From NCBI RefSeq assembly GCF_001306055.1, contig NZ_LGHJ01000020.1, positions 60,001 to 92,000 on the forward strand: DNA of 32,000 nt. Reading direction: 5' to 3'. Below, one piece after another: positions 1 through 7,688 of the stretch; position 1 is the stretch's first letter, and every line of letters begins with the position of its first letter. The position numbers and the translations under genes were made by a program. Below the pieces are notes generated by a model. It saw nothing but the letters and a program-made list of their open reading frames with translations, searched no databases and was not told the DNA's origin. The DNA is from Bellilinea caldifistulae. GTDB lineage: Bacteria; Chloroflexota; Anaerolineae; Anaerolineales; Anaerolineaceae.

Positions 1-228
1 CAAACCTTTCGGCGGACGTTGCGGCGCGGTGATCAGGCTTTGCTGGATGGTCTGCTGGCATCTGCGCATCGTCATCTGGCTGCTATTTCGGCAAGCGGTG
101 CGTTGCTGCCTTTTGAAGCCGCCTTACTGGCCATGCTGCTCGAACAAGCCCGCCGGATTGCGGCGCTGGAGGAGGAAATCCGCATCTTTCAGGAGGAAGT
201 GGTGCGGCTGCGCGATGGCAAGGGTTGA
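1..228 (+). CDS. C-terminal end of an unidentified protein (open to the left window edge); Ala/Leu-rich helices followed by a charged coiled-coil-like tail
   Basis: Frame +1 is open from nt 1 (QTFRRT...) to TGA 226-228. The track ORF 19..228 starts at a TTG only because of the window edge. Its stop overlaps the polymerase ATG (215) by 14 nt, which suggests translational coupling. No family motif recognised. Confidence 0.4.
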   Translation, partial: QTFRRTLRRGDQALLDGLLASAHRHLAAISASGALLPFEAALLAMLLEQARRIAALEEEIRIFQEEVVRLRDGKG

Positions 229-2338
229 AAAGACCGGCTGGCTGATGGATGTGTACACCCGTCCGAGCGGTGAACTGGTCTGCTGGTTGTTGAGCGAGGA
301 CGGGCAGCGCTGGCTGCTGCCGATGGATTTTCCGGTTACTTTTTACGCGGCAGGCAGCTTGGCGGTGCTGCGGCAGGCCTGGCGCTTTTTGCGGGGGCGC
401 GGAGTACAACTTTCCCGGCAGGTGCGCCGTGATCTGTTTCACGGAGAGCGGGTTGTGTTGTCCGCAACCTTGGATTTGCCCGGACGTCTGCCTGAGACCT
501 ACCGCCGCCTGGCGCAGGCTTTTCCGGTATTGGATTACTACGATGCTGACCTGCCGCTCTCTGTGCGTTTTGTGGCTGGTACGCAAGTGCCGCTGCTGGG
601 ACGCTGCCGCTTTGAAACCGACGGCCAGCGTTTGTTGGGATTGCAGCCGCTTGAGTCGGCTTGGGAGATGCAGCCCTCGCTGCCGCCCCTGCGGGTGATG
701 GAAATCGAGTGTGACGCCGAGCCGGCGTTGCATCCCCCGCAGGAGATCGTCATTCGCTGCGACAGACGCTGCTATCGTTTTCCCTTGCAGCCCTTGCGTG
801 CCTTTGTGGTCAACCTGCAGGCACTGCTGGGGACTTACGATCCGGACGTAATTCTGACCCGTTATGGCGATACCTGGCTGTTCCCGTTCTTAAGCGAACA
901 TGCTCCGTCTTTCAACCCCAACCGCGACGAGCAGATGAAGGTTGAGTTTCGCCGCGAGCGCAGTTTGTTTGCTTATGGGCAGGTGCTTTACCGCGGGGCG
1001 CAAGCCCTGCTGTTTGGGCGCTGGCACATTGACCGTTGTAATGCCGCTTTGTTTGCCGAAATCGGGCTGACCGGTGCCCTGGAGATGGCACGGGTTACCG
1101 GTTTGGGGGTGCAGGAGGCGGTGCGCAAGTCACCGGGTGCAGGCATTACCGCCATGCAAATGCAGACTGCCCTGAGGGATGGAGTGCTGATCCCGGCGGT
1201 CAAACAGCAAGCGGAAGCTACCCGCACACTGGTTAGTCTGATTCGCTATGATCGGGGGGGGATGGTCTACCAGCCGCTGGTTGGTGTGCATCGTCATGTT
1301 GCCGAACTGGATTTTGCTTCAATGTACCCGGCGATCATGGTGCGTTATAACATCTCGCCGGAAACACTCTACCAGAGGGATGCGCCGGCCGGCTTAATTC
1401 CGCGCACGCTGCAACCCCTGCTGGTCAAGCGTCTGGCGCTCAAACATTGCCTGCATACCCTCGACCGGCGCGACAGCCGTGTAAGCGATTTGAAAGCCCG
1501 TCAGACGGCGCTCAAGTGGCTACTGGTGGTGTGTTTTGGATATCTGGGGTACAAAAATGCCCGGTTTGGGCGAGTGGAATCACACGAGGCGGTTACCGCC
1601 ATCAGCCGCGAGTTGCTGCTGCAGGCCAAGGAAAATGCTGAGGATATGGGATTCACCATCCTGCACATGTATGTGGACAGTTTGTTTGTAAAACGAGAGG
1701 ATACCCGGACTGAAGCGGATTTTCTGCCACTGGCAGAGAAAATTCAGGCAGAGACGGGTATTGGGGTGACCCTTGAAGGCGTATATCGCTGGCTGGTGTT
1801 TTTGCCGGCCTGCCGTGATCAACGCATTCCGGTGGCAAACCGTTATTTTGGGGTGTTTGAGGATGGTACGTTGAAGTATCGTGGCATTGCCCTGCGCCGT
1901 CATGATACCTGTCCGTATGTTGCCCAAACGCAGCTGGATATATTGAGTTGTCTGGCGCAGGCAGATGATCCGCGAGAGCAATGGAAAGAGGCATGGGGTC
2001 TGGTAAACCAGCGGGTGAGGTCATTGCAGCGCCGGCAAGCAGCCATCGAGGGGCTGCAAATGGCGGTCAAACTCAGCCGTGACCCGCAGGCTTTTCGGCG
2101 CCCTTCGGCGGCGGCACAGGCTGCCCGTCAGTTGCAGGCTGAGGGGGTGGCGGTGCGCGCCGGCATGCGGCTCTTCTTCTGGTTTACGCAACAGGGGGTG
2201 AGCGTTGCTCCACCCGCAGCCGAGGAGGTGGACTGGGATCACTATGCACGGTTGGTCTTGCGAGCAGCTGGCGAGATTCTGGATGTTCTCCAACCCGTAG
2301 AAAAGAAACAACAGTATTACCTGCCGCTCTTGAAATAG
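215..2338 (+). CDS. Family B DNA polymerase, archaeal-type layout, with degenerate 3'-5' exonuclease motifs
   Basis: Colinear with archaeal PolB. N-terminal MDVYTRPSGELV...; motif A ELDFASMYPAIMVRYNISPETL (about nt 1304-1369); motif B-like KWLLVVCFGYLGY (1514-); motif C-like HMYVDSLF (1664-); RGIALRRHD after an NRY (KxY-like) element. ATG 215 (MARVEK...) is preferred over the track start at 29, which lies in another gene's tail; ATG 245 (MDVY) is an alternative. Confidence 0.85.
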   Translation: MARVEKTGWLMDVYTRPSGELVCWLLSEDGQRWLLPMDFPVTFYAAGSLAVLRQAWRFLRGRGVQLSRQVRRDLFHGERVVLSATLDLPGRLPETYRRLAQAFPVLDYYDADLPLSVRFVAGTQVPLLGRCRFETDGQRLLGLQPLESAWEMQPSLPPLRVMEIECDAEPALHPPQEIVIRCDRRCYRFPLQPLRAFVVNLQALLGTYDPDVILTRYGDTWLFPFLSEHAPSFNPNRDEQMKVEFRRERSLFAYGQVLYRGAQALLFGRWHIDRCNAALFAEIGLTGALEMARVTGLGVQEAVRKSPGAGITAMQMQTALRDGVLIPAVKQQAEATRTLVSLIRYDRGGMVYQPLVGVHRHVAELDFASMYPAIMVRYNISPETLYQRDAPAGLIPRTLQPLLVKRLALKHCLHTLDRRDSRVSDLKARQTALKWLLVVCFGYLGYKNARFGRVESHEAVTAISRELLLQAKENAEDMGFTILHMYVDSLFVKREDTRTEADFLPLAEKIQAETGIGVTLEGVYRWLVFLPACRDQRIPVANRYFGVFEDGTLKYRGIALRRHDTCPYVAQTQLDILSCLAQADDPREQWKEAWGLVNQRVRSLQRRQAAIEGLQMAVKLSRDPQAFRRPSAAAQAARQLQAEGVAVRAGMRLFFWFTQQGVSVAPPAAEEVDWDHYARLVLRAAGEILDVLQPVEKKQQYYLPLLK

Positions 2339-2355
2339 GTCTCTCCCCCTGCTTG

Positions 2356-4449
2356 TCAGCCACTCACAACGATGCGGGCATCCACCACCTGAAGTCCATG
2401 TTCAAACACCAGAGCAGGATTCAGATCAATCTCAAGAATATCCTCGTTTTCCACCATCAGGTGGGAGAGCCGCAACATGGCATCAATCAGGGCAAAGCGG
2501 TCAGCAGGTGGTTCGCCGCGTACCCCTTGTAAAAGACGGGCACCACGTAACTCATCCAGCATTTCTTCGATGTCCGTGCGGCTAAGAGGAGCAAGGCGGA
2601 TGGAAACATCCTGCAGGGCTTCGGCGTAAATGCCACCCAACCCCAACACCACCACCGGCCCAAAAGAAGGATCTCGTTTAGCGCCAAGAATCATCTCTTT
2701 GCCTTTACTTAACATCTTTTGAATGAGAAATTCCTCTGCCGGCTTGAGGTTCAGTTGGGTAAAACGATGTTCCATTTCCAGCATGGCCGAAGCCAGCATT
2801 ACTTGATCGGGGATGTTCAACACAACGCCGCCGACATCGGTTTTGTGAGTTACCTGTTCAGAGATGGCCTTGAGTACAATGGGATAGCCGATACGGGCGG
2901 CCGCCTCAACTGCCTGTGAGAGATTGAAAACTTTGGCCCAGGGCGCAACCGCTATGCCGTAAGCCTCGCATATCTGCATCGCCTGATCCAGCGGGAGCAA
3001 GGATGAGGTTTTGCGGCTGATTAACCAGCGGGTTTTGCTGGGAGCATCTGTGGGTATAGGAACAGCGGGCGGCTGATGTTGAGCGGTCTGAAGTTGTGTT
3101 GCTTTTTGATAATGGTCGCGAGAAGCAGCCAATGCCTGGACAGCCTCATAAACTTCACTGAAAACCGGAAAGCCCAGATTCCTCTCTAAGTAGTTGACTT
3201 CATCCACTTCTGTAAAGTAACACAGGGCAATCGGTATCTGATAGTGCTGGCTCAGGGCTTTGATTTTTTCGGCAACGGCGCGAGCGGTGGGAATGGTTTC
3301 GCGCCGGTAATTGAAAATGAGCAAAATGGCATCAGCCTGTTTGAGTTTAATGGCTTCTTCGATGATTACCGGATAGGCATCGAAATTAAAAACCGTTCCC
3401 AAATCCAGCGGGTTCATCCGCTCAATAACATTTACGCGGAAAAAGGGCTTTGCCACCTCGATTAATGCGTCGCTAAAGGGAGGCAGTTCAAAACCGAACT
3501 GGCTGGCACAATCTACCGCAATGATGGCATGACCACCCGAACGGGAGAACACCGCTAAACGGTTGCCGCGCACAGGTGGCAGCGTAAACCCCTTACTGTA
3601 AATCATCATTTCCCGGAAAGTCATTGCACGGGTTATGCCAAATTGCCGGAATGCCGCATTGACGATACCCTCGTCGTTTGCCAGTGCAGCCGTGTGAGAT
3701 TGGGCAATTTGAGCGCTGGCCTGACTGGTATTGGATTTATAGACGATCACCGGTTTTGGAGATTGGGCGGCCAGTTCCACCAGCTGACGGCCTTCCACAA
3801 TGCTTTCCAGGTAAAGCAAAATAATCCGGGTGGCAGCATCCTGAATGAAGTAGCGGAGATAATCACTTTCTTTGAGGTCTATTTTGTTGCCTACACTGAC
3901 CGATTTAGCAATTCCTAAACCGGCAGCAGCCAGCGAGTCAATACAGGTCAGAACAACGCCGCCGCTTTGTGAAACCAGCGAGACATTGCCGTGAGGAACC
4001 TCTTCCGGAGCCGTTGGGACAAAGATGGTACAGATACCGCTGTCCGTACAGATGATGCCGATGCAATTCGGCCCAACAAGACGCATCCCCCATTTGTGGG
4101 CGATCCGGCATAGTTCTTCTTCCAGTATTGCGCCCTCTTCGGAAAATTCGCTGAAGCCAGCCGATTCGATGACCGCGTAACGCACACCGGCCGCCCCTAA
4201 CTCATCCAGCAAACCCGGCACAGTAGCCGCCGGGGTAAGAATGACCGCCAGATCAATGTTGGGAGGTAATTGATTGACAGATGAATAGATTGGATGCTCC
4301 AGAGTCCGCCCCTCGGTGCGTCCCAGTAGATATAACTGGCCACTGTAACCAAATTCGATCAGGTTGCTGGCTATATGACGAGCGAGATTATCCGGCTTAT
4401 CCGAAACCCCCGCCACGACAATACTGCGCGGATAAAATATTGCATCCAT
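2356..4449 (-). CDS. ADP-forming (NDP-forming) acetyl/acyl-CoA synthetase, fused alpha-beta type
   Basis: CoA-binding N-terminus (PRSIVVAGVSDKP), GPNCIGII, SQSGG and a SHTAALAND phosphohistidine-loop-like segment, then a C-terminal ATP-grasp half (IVLKAISEQVTHKTDVGGVVLNI). ATG 4449 has GAGG 6 nt upstream and is preferred over the track start at 4530. Confidence 0.8.
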   Translation of the reverse strand: MDAIFYPRSIVVAGVSDKPDNLARHIASNLIEFGYSGQLYLLGRTEGRTLEHPIYSSVNQLPPNIDLAVILTPAATVPGLLDELGAAGVRYAVIESAGFSEFSEEGAILEEELCRIAHKWGMRLVGPNCIGIICTDSGICTIFVPTAPEEVPHGNVSLVSQSGGVVLTCIDSLAAAGLGIAKSVSVGNKIDLKESDYLRYFIQDAATRIILLYLESIVEGRQLVELAAQSPKPVIVYKSNTSQASAQIAQSHTAALANDEGIVNAAFRQFGITRAMTFREMMIYSKGFTLPPVRGNRLAVFSRSGGHAIIAVDCASQFGFELPPFSDALIEVAKPFFRVNVIERMNPLDLGTVFNFDAYPVIIEEAIKLKQADAILLIFNYRRETIPTARAVAEKIKALSQHYQIPIALCYFTEVDEVNYLERNLGFPVFSEVYEAVQALAASRDHYQKATQLQTAQHQPPAVPIPTDAPSKTRWLISRKTSSLLPLDQAMQICEAYGIAVAPWAKVFNLSQAVEAAARIGYPIVLKAISEQVTHKTDVGGVVLNIPDQVMLASAMLEMEHRFTQLNLKPAEEFLIQKMLSKGKEMILGAKRDPSFGPVVVLGLGGIYAEALQDVSIRLAPLSRTDIEEMLDELRGARLLQGVRGEPPADRFALIDAMLRLSHLMVENEDILEIDLNPALVFEHGLQVVDARIVVSG

Positions 4450-4579
4450 GATCTGCCTCGCAAAGCTTGCCAGAGTTTGGGATTTGAACGTGCATTTGAT
4501 GTTTCTATTATGGCACAACCCTGCTTTCAATAACTCTCGGAGAAGGCTGATTTCAAGAGAAACACCATCCTGAAAAGTC

Positions 4580-5080
4580 TTAATCCCTTTCGAGAGGATT
4601 TCCGTTCAGTTTTGCAGTGACCGTAATGGGGGTGTTGTTTGTCAGGGCAACTTCGGTAAAACACATCTGACGGGCAAGGCGAACCAGTTCCCGGATGGTG
4701 GACAGCGGTTCATCGGATTCGATTTGGATCTCGACCTCAAACCCGTCACAAAATGCCATGGCATCGCCTCGTAAAACTGAGCCTTCTTCCCGAAAATGAG
4801 CGGTCACTTTGACTATTTCCTTACGAAGGTTCAATCTCTTTTTGGACGCAACCTGCGTCACATGGGAGATCAGTCAGAGTGCCATTCCGGATACAAAGTA
4901 GGTGAGAGGGGTTGGGGCAGTGCCTTCCCCACCGGGGATGTAGTTGCCTTCGTCGCTGATGAAGGCATACATACGACCGGTTTCCGGTTGTCCGGCAATG
5001 ACCTGTTTACGCCACTTTTCGATTGAGGTGGCAGTTGCTTCAACCACAATCTCGCGCCGGTGATTTTTTGGGTTTTCCAT
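4580..5080 (-). CDS. OsmC/Ohr-family peroxiredoxin-like protein with in-frame TGA (4874-4876) predicted to encode selenocysteine
   Basis: Track ORFs 4874..5080 and 4580..4861 are in the same frame, separated by one TGA. The joined product has the OsmC blocks ...GGEGTAPTPLTYFVSGMAL-U-LISHV... and ...LARQMCFTEVAL.... ATG 5080 is preceded by GAGGGA. A hairpin follows the TGA (next feature). Confidence 0.7.
4832..4873 (-). promoter_or_regulatory. Putative bacterial SECIS stem-loop directly downstream of the in-frame UGA
   Basis: RNA sequence is CUGAUCUC CCAUGU GACGCA GGU UGCGUC CAAAAA GAGAUUG. There is a 6-bp upper helix with a GGU apical loop, a possible unpaired U at +17, and a 5-7 bp lower helix (AUCUC/GAGAU plus two G-U pairs). 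Confidence 0.55.
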
Positions 5081-5257
5081 AATGTCCCTCGATCTTTTTG
5101 TTTACTTTATTCAAACTATACCACAATATTCATCTTCAAAAATTTATCTCTTTTTTATTAATTTTTTATCCTCTTCTTATGGTCAAAACAAACCAATAGG
5201 GGCATGATGGATTGCGGTTGTCATACAATCACCACTTCATTTCAACAGAGAGGAAAT

Positions 5258-7609
5258 ATGAAATTTAGAGACCGTTTGATCTTGATCATTTCGTTGATTC
5301 TGGTGTTTGTGATGGGGGTCAATACGGCATGGATGGTCAGCCGGGCGCGACAATCCTTATTGGATCAGACACGTTCTAATGCTGTTGCACTGGCAGAAAT
5401 GTTCGCCCATTCGGTAGATTTTGCCAACCGCATTCCGGGTGAAGTTGACCGGATTGTAGGCCGGCAAATGGTCACTCAGGCAAGAATCTCGGCCTACTTG
5501 ATTGACGCAGCCCTCAAAGCAGGCATGAGCGAGGCTCAAATTGAAGAGATGCTGCGCGCAATTGTTGATTCAACCGATCTCAAAGAGTTCTGGATCACCG
5601 ACGATACCGGCACAGTGGTTTATTCCAACATTGATGTACCGTTCGCTTTCAGCCCAGATCCAAACGAACAACCTCAAGCCTATATTTTTTACCAATTGCT
5701 GCAACAAAAGAACGGCGAGGTGATTCAATCGGCGCAGTTGCGGGAATTGGATTCAAAACTCTACAAATATGTTGGGGTTTCCGGGGTGGATAGCCCGCGT
5801 ATTGTGCAGGTTGGAGTTGAAGCAACCTATCTGGATGAGGTCACCCGCAGCATGAACCTGCAAACGCTGGTTGATAAAACGGTTTCGGTCAAGGATGTGA
5901 ATGCTGTGGCTGTAAAAATGGCTGATCAGCCGGTTGTTTTCAGCGCCCGTCAGGGTTTCTCCCAAACCGATTTGCTGGGTACGGATTGGGAGGAGAGTGT
6001 TGAAGAAGCGTTAAGCGGAGGTGAGGTTGTTGTAGACGAAATTTCCAATGCGCTGCGGGTGGTTTATCCGGTTAAAACCAGCGCCGGAGAACAGGTAACC
6101 ATCACAGTCTTCATGAGCACTGCCGGCGTCGCCCAGCAAGTTCGCCAGACCCTGACCACAGCCGTAATTGCGACTTTGATTCTTCTGGCAATCAGCCTTG
6201 GGGCAGCCCTGTTCATTGCCAATACCATCACCCGCCCCTTGGGAGTGATTGAGAAAGCCGCGGATCAACTGGCGGATGGTGACCTGTCCTTTTCGGATGC
6301 CCAGCAGAATCAATTGGAAGCCATCTATCACCGCAAGGATGAATTGGGTACGGTTGGGCGCGCTTTCCAGCGGTTGATCGGCTACTTTACCGAGATGATC
6401 GAGGTGGCCAATCGGCTGGCAGCGGGAGATTTGAGCCTCTCAGTCAAACCGCGCTCCGAGCGGGATGGGCTGGGGCAGGCATTTTCAACCATGATTTCCA
6501 GCTTGAAATCTACCGTATTCCGCCTTGCTCAGAGTTCGGATGAGCTGGACAAAGCCTCGGCTGAACTGGCTAACTTTGCCGAACAGGTGCGTCTGGCTTC
6601 GGAGCAGATTGCTCAAACCATGCAGCAAATTGCGATGGGCTCCTCTCAACAAGCCGAGTCGGTGCAGCGCACGGTCAGCTCAGTACACCAGATGGCGAAT
6701 GCCATTGACGGGGTTGCCAAAGGCGCTCAGGAGCAGGCTCGAGCCGTTACTTCTGCCTCGCAGGTTTCCAACCAGATGGGCGAGAAGATGCAAAGCGTTG
6801 CCGAGACGGCTACGGAAGGCGCGCAAAATGCGATCAGCGCTGCCGAAGTGGCACAGAACAGCGCTGAGACGCTCAACCAGATGATTAATGGGATGCGCCT
6901 GATTAAGGAAAAAGTTGACCTTTCCATGGAGCGGGTCAAAGATATGGGCGAGCGTTCCCAACAAATCAGTGTGATTTTGGAGACGATTGAGGATATTGCC
7001 AATCAAACCAACTTACTGGCGCTCAACGCAGCCATCGAGGCAGCCCGGGCAGGCGAGCACGGTAAAGGTTTTGCGGTTGTTGCGGATGAGGTTCGTAAAC
7101 TGGCAGAGCGTTCGGCTCAGGCGACCCGTCAGATTGGTGATCTTGTTTCAGAAATTCAAAAGACCGTTCATGAAGCCGTGGAAGCAATGAGCCTGAGCGC
7201 CAAAGAGGTGGAAAATGGGGTGGCTCAGACTCATCAATCCAGTGAGGCGTTGATGCGCATTCTGGAAGTGATTCAGCAGGTGCGCCAGCAAGCCGAGGGG
7301 ATTGCCTCAGCCGTCAAGCAGATTTCGGGCTTCTCGAATGAATTGATTGATGTGATGGATTCAGTCTCATCGGTGGTGGAGGAGAACATCGCCTCGACCG
7401 AAGAAATGTCGGCCAGTTCCACGGAGGTTTCGGAAGCGATGGAAATGATTGCCAGCATCAATGAGGAAACCAACGCTTCCATCGAGGAAATCAGCGCGGC
7501 GGCCCGCGAAATGAGCCAGCAGGTGCAGGATGTAACCTCTGCGGCGGTTTCACTTTCCCAAATGGCGGCTTCGCTGCGCGGACTGGTGGGGCAATTCAAG
7601 GTTTCGTAA
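5258..7609 (+). CDS. Methyl-accepting chemotaxis protein (two TM helices, large extracytoplasmic domain, tandem HAMP, MCP signalling domain)
   Basis: TM1 [15 protein letters not shown]; TM2 [20 protein letters not shown]; HAMP-like [18 protein letters not shown] and [13 protein letters not shown]; hairpin tip [37 protein letters not shown] 5258 is preceded by AGAGGAAAT. Confidence 0.9.
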   Translation: MKFRDRLILIISLILVFVMGVNTAWMVSRARQSLLDQTRSNAVALAEMFAHSVDFANRIPGEVDRIVGRQMVTQARISAYLIDAALKAGMSEAQIEEMLRAIVDSTDLKEFWITDDTGTVVYSNIDVPFAFSPDPNEQPQAYIFYQLLQQKNGEVIQSAQLRELDSKLYKYVGVSGVDSPRIVQVGVEATYLDEVTRSMNLQTLVDKTVSVKDVNAVAVKMADQPVVFSARQGFSQTDLLGTDWEESVEEALSGGEVVVDEISNALRVVYPVKTSAGEQVTITVFMSTAGVAQQVRQTLTTAVIATLILLAISLGAALFIANTITRPLGVIEKAADQLADGDLSFSDAQQNQLEAIYHRKDELGTVGRAFQRLIGYFTEMIEVANRLAAGDLSLSVKPRSERDGLGQAFSTMISSLKSTVFRLAQSSDELDKASAELANFAEQVRLASEQIAQTMQQIAMGSSQQAESVQRTVSSVHQMANAIDGVAKGAQEQARAVTSASQVSNQMGEKMQSVAETATEGAQNAISAAEVAQNSAETLNQMINGMRLIKEKVDLSMERVKDMGERSQQISVILETIEDIANQTNLLALNAAIEAARAGEHGKGFAVVADEVRKLAERSAQATRQIGDLVSEIQKTVHEAVEAMSLSAKEVENGVAQTHQSSEALMRILEVIQQVRQQAEGIASAVKQISGFSNELIDVMDSVSSVVEENIASTEEMSASSTEVSEAMEMIASINEETNASIEEISAAAREMSQQVQDVTSAAVSLSQMAASLRGLVGQFKVS

Positions 7610-7631
7610 GGGGCAAAGAAGGTAAGATAAA

Positions 7632-7670
7632 AATTTCATCGGCGGAGTGTTAAACTCCGCCGATGAAATT
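7632..7670. terminator. 17-bp perfect hairpin between convergent genes (bidirectional terminator candidate)
   Basis: aatttcatcggcggagt (7632-7648) pairs with actccgccgatgaaatt (7654-7670) around the loop gttaa. A T-rich run follows on the minus strand (TTTATCTT). Confidence 0.65.
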
Positions 7671-7688
7671 GTAATCAATCGGTTGACC

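Noticed and set aside
29-214. N-terminal extension of the polymerase ORF (track start at 29), giving 769 aa.
   Set aside because: The first 62 codons are Cys/Trp/Arg-rich nonsense-like sequence lying out of frame over the tail of the upstream ORF. Homology to PolB begins just after the ATG at 215.
215-2338. Calling the polymerase part of a casposon, a pipolin or another self-replicating mobile element.
   Set aside because: No Cas1, integrase, terminal protein or terminal inverted repeats are visible in the window. The motifs are of the primer-dependent archaeal type rather than protein-primed or piPolB-like. This cannot be assessed without the upstream sequence.
2356-4449. A Pat-type protein lysine acetyltransferase (ACS-like domain plus GNAT).
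   Set aside because: The protein ends with the ATP-grasp half and has no C-terminal GNAT domain. It therefore fits a plain ADP-forming acyl-CoA synthetase.
4580-5080. Interpreting the two OsmC-like fragments as a pseudogene or as two small genes.
   Set aside because: There is one stop and no frameshift, and both halves are intact. The stop falls exactly at the conserved catalytic Cys column and a SECIS-like hairpin follows. The 4580..4861 'start' is an internal GTG with no SD of its own.
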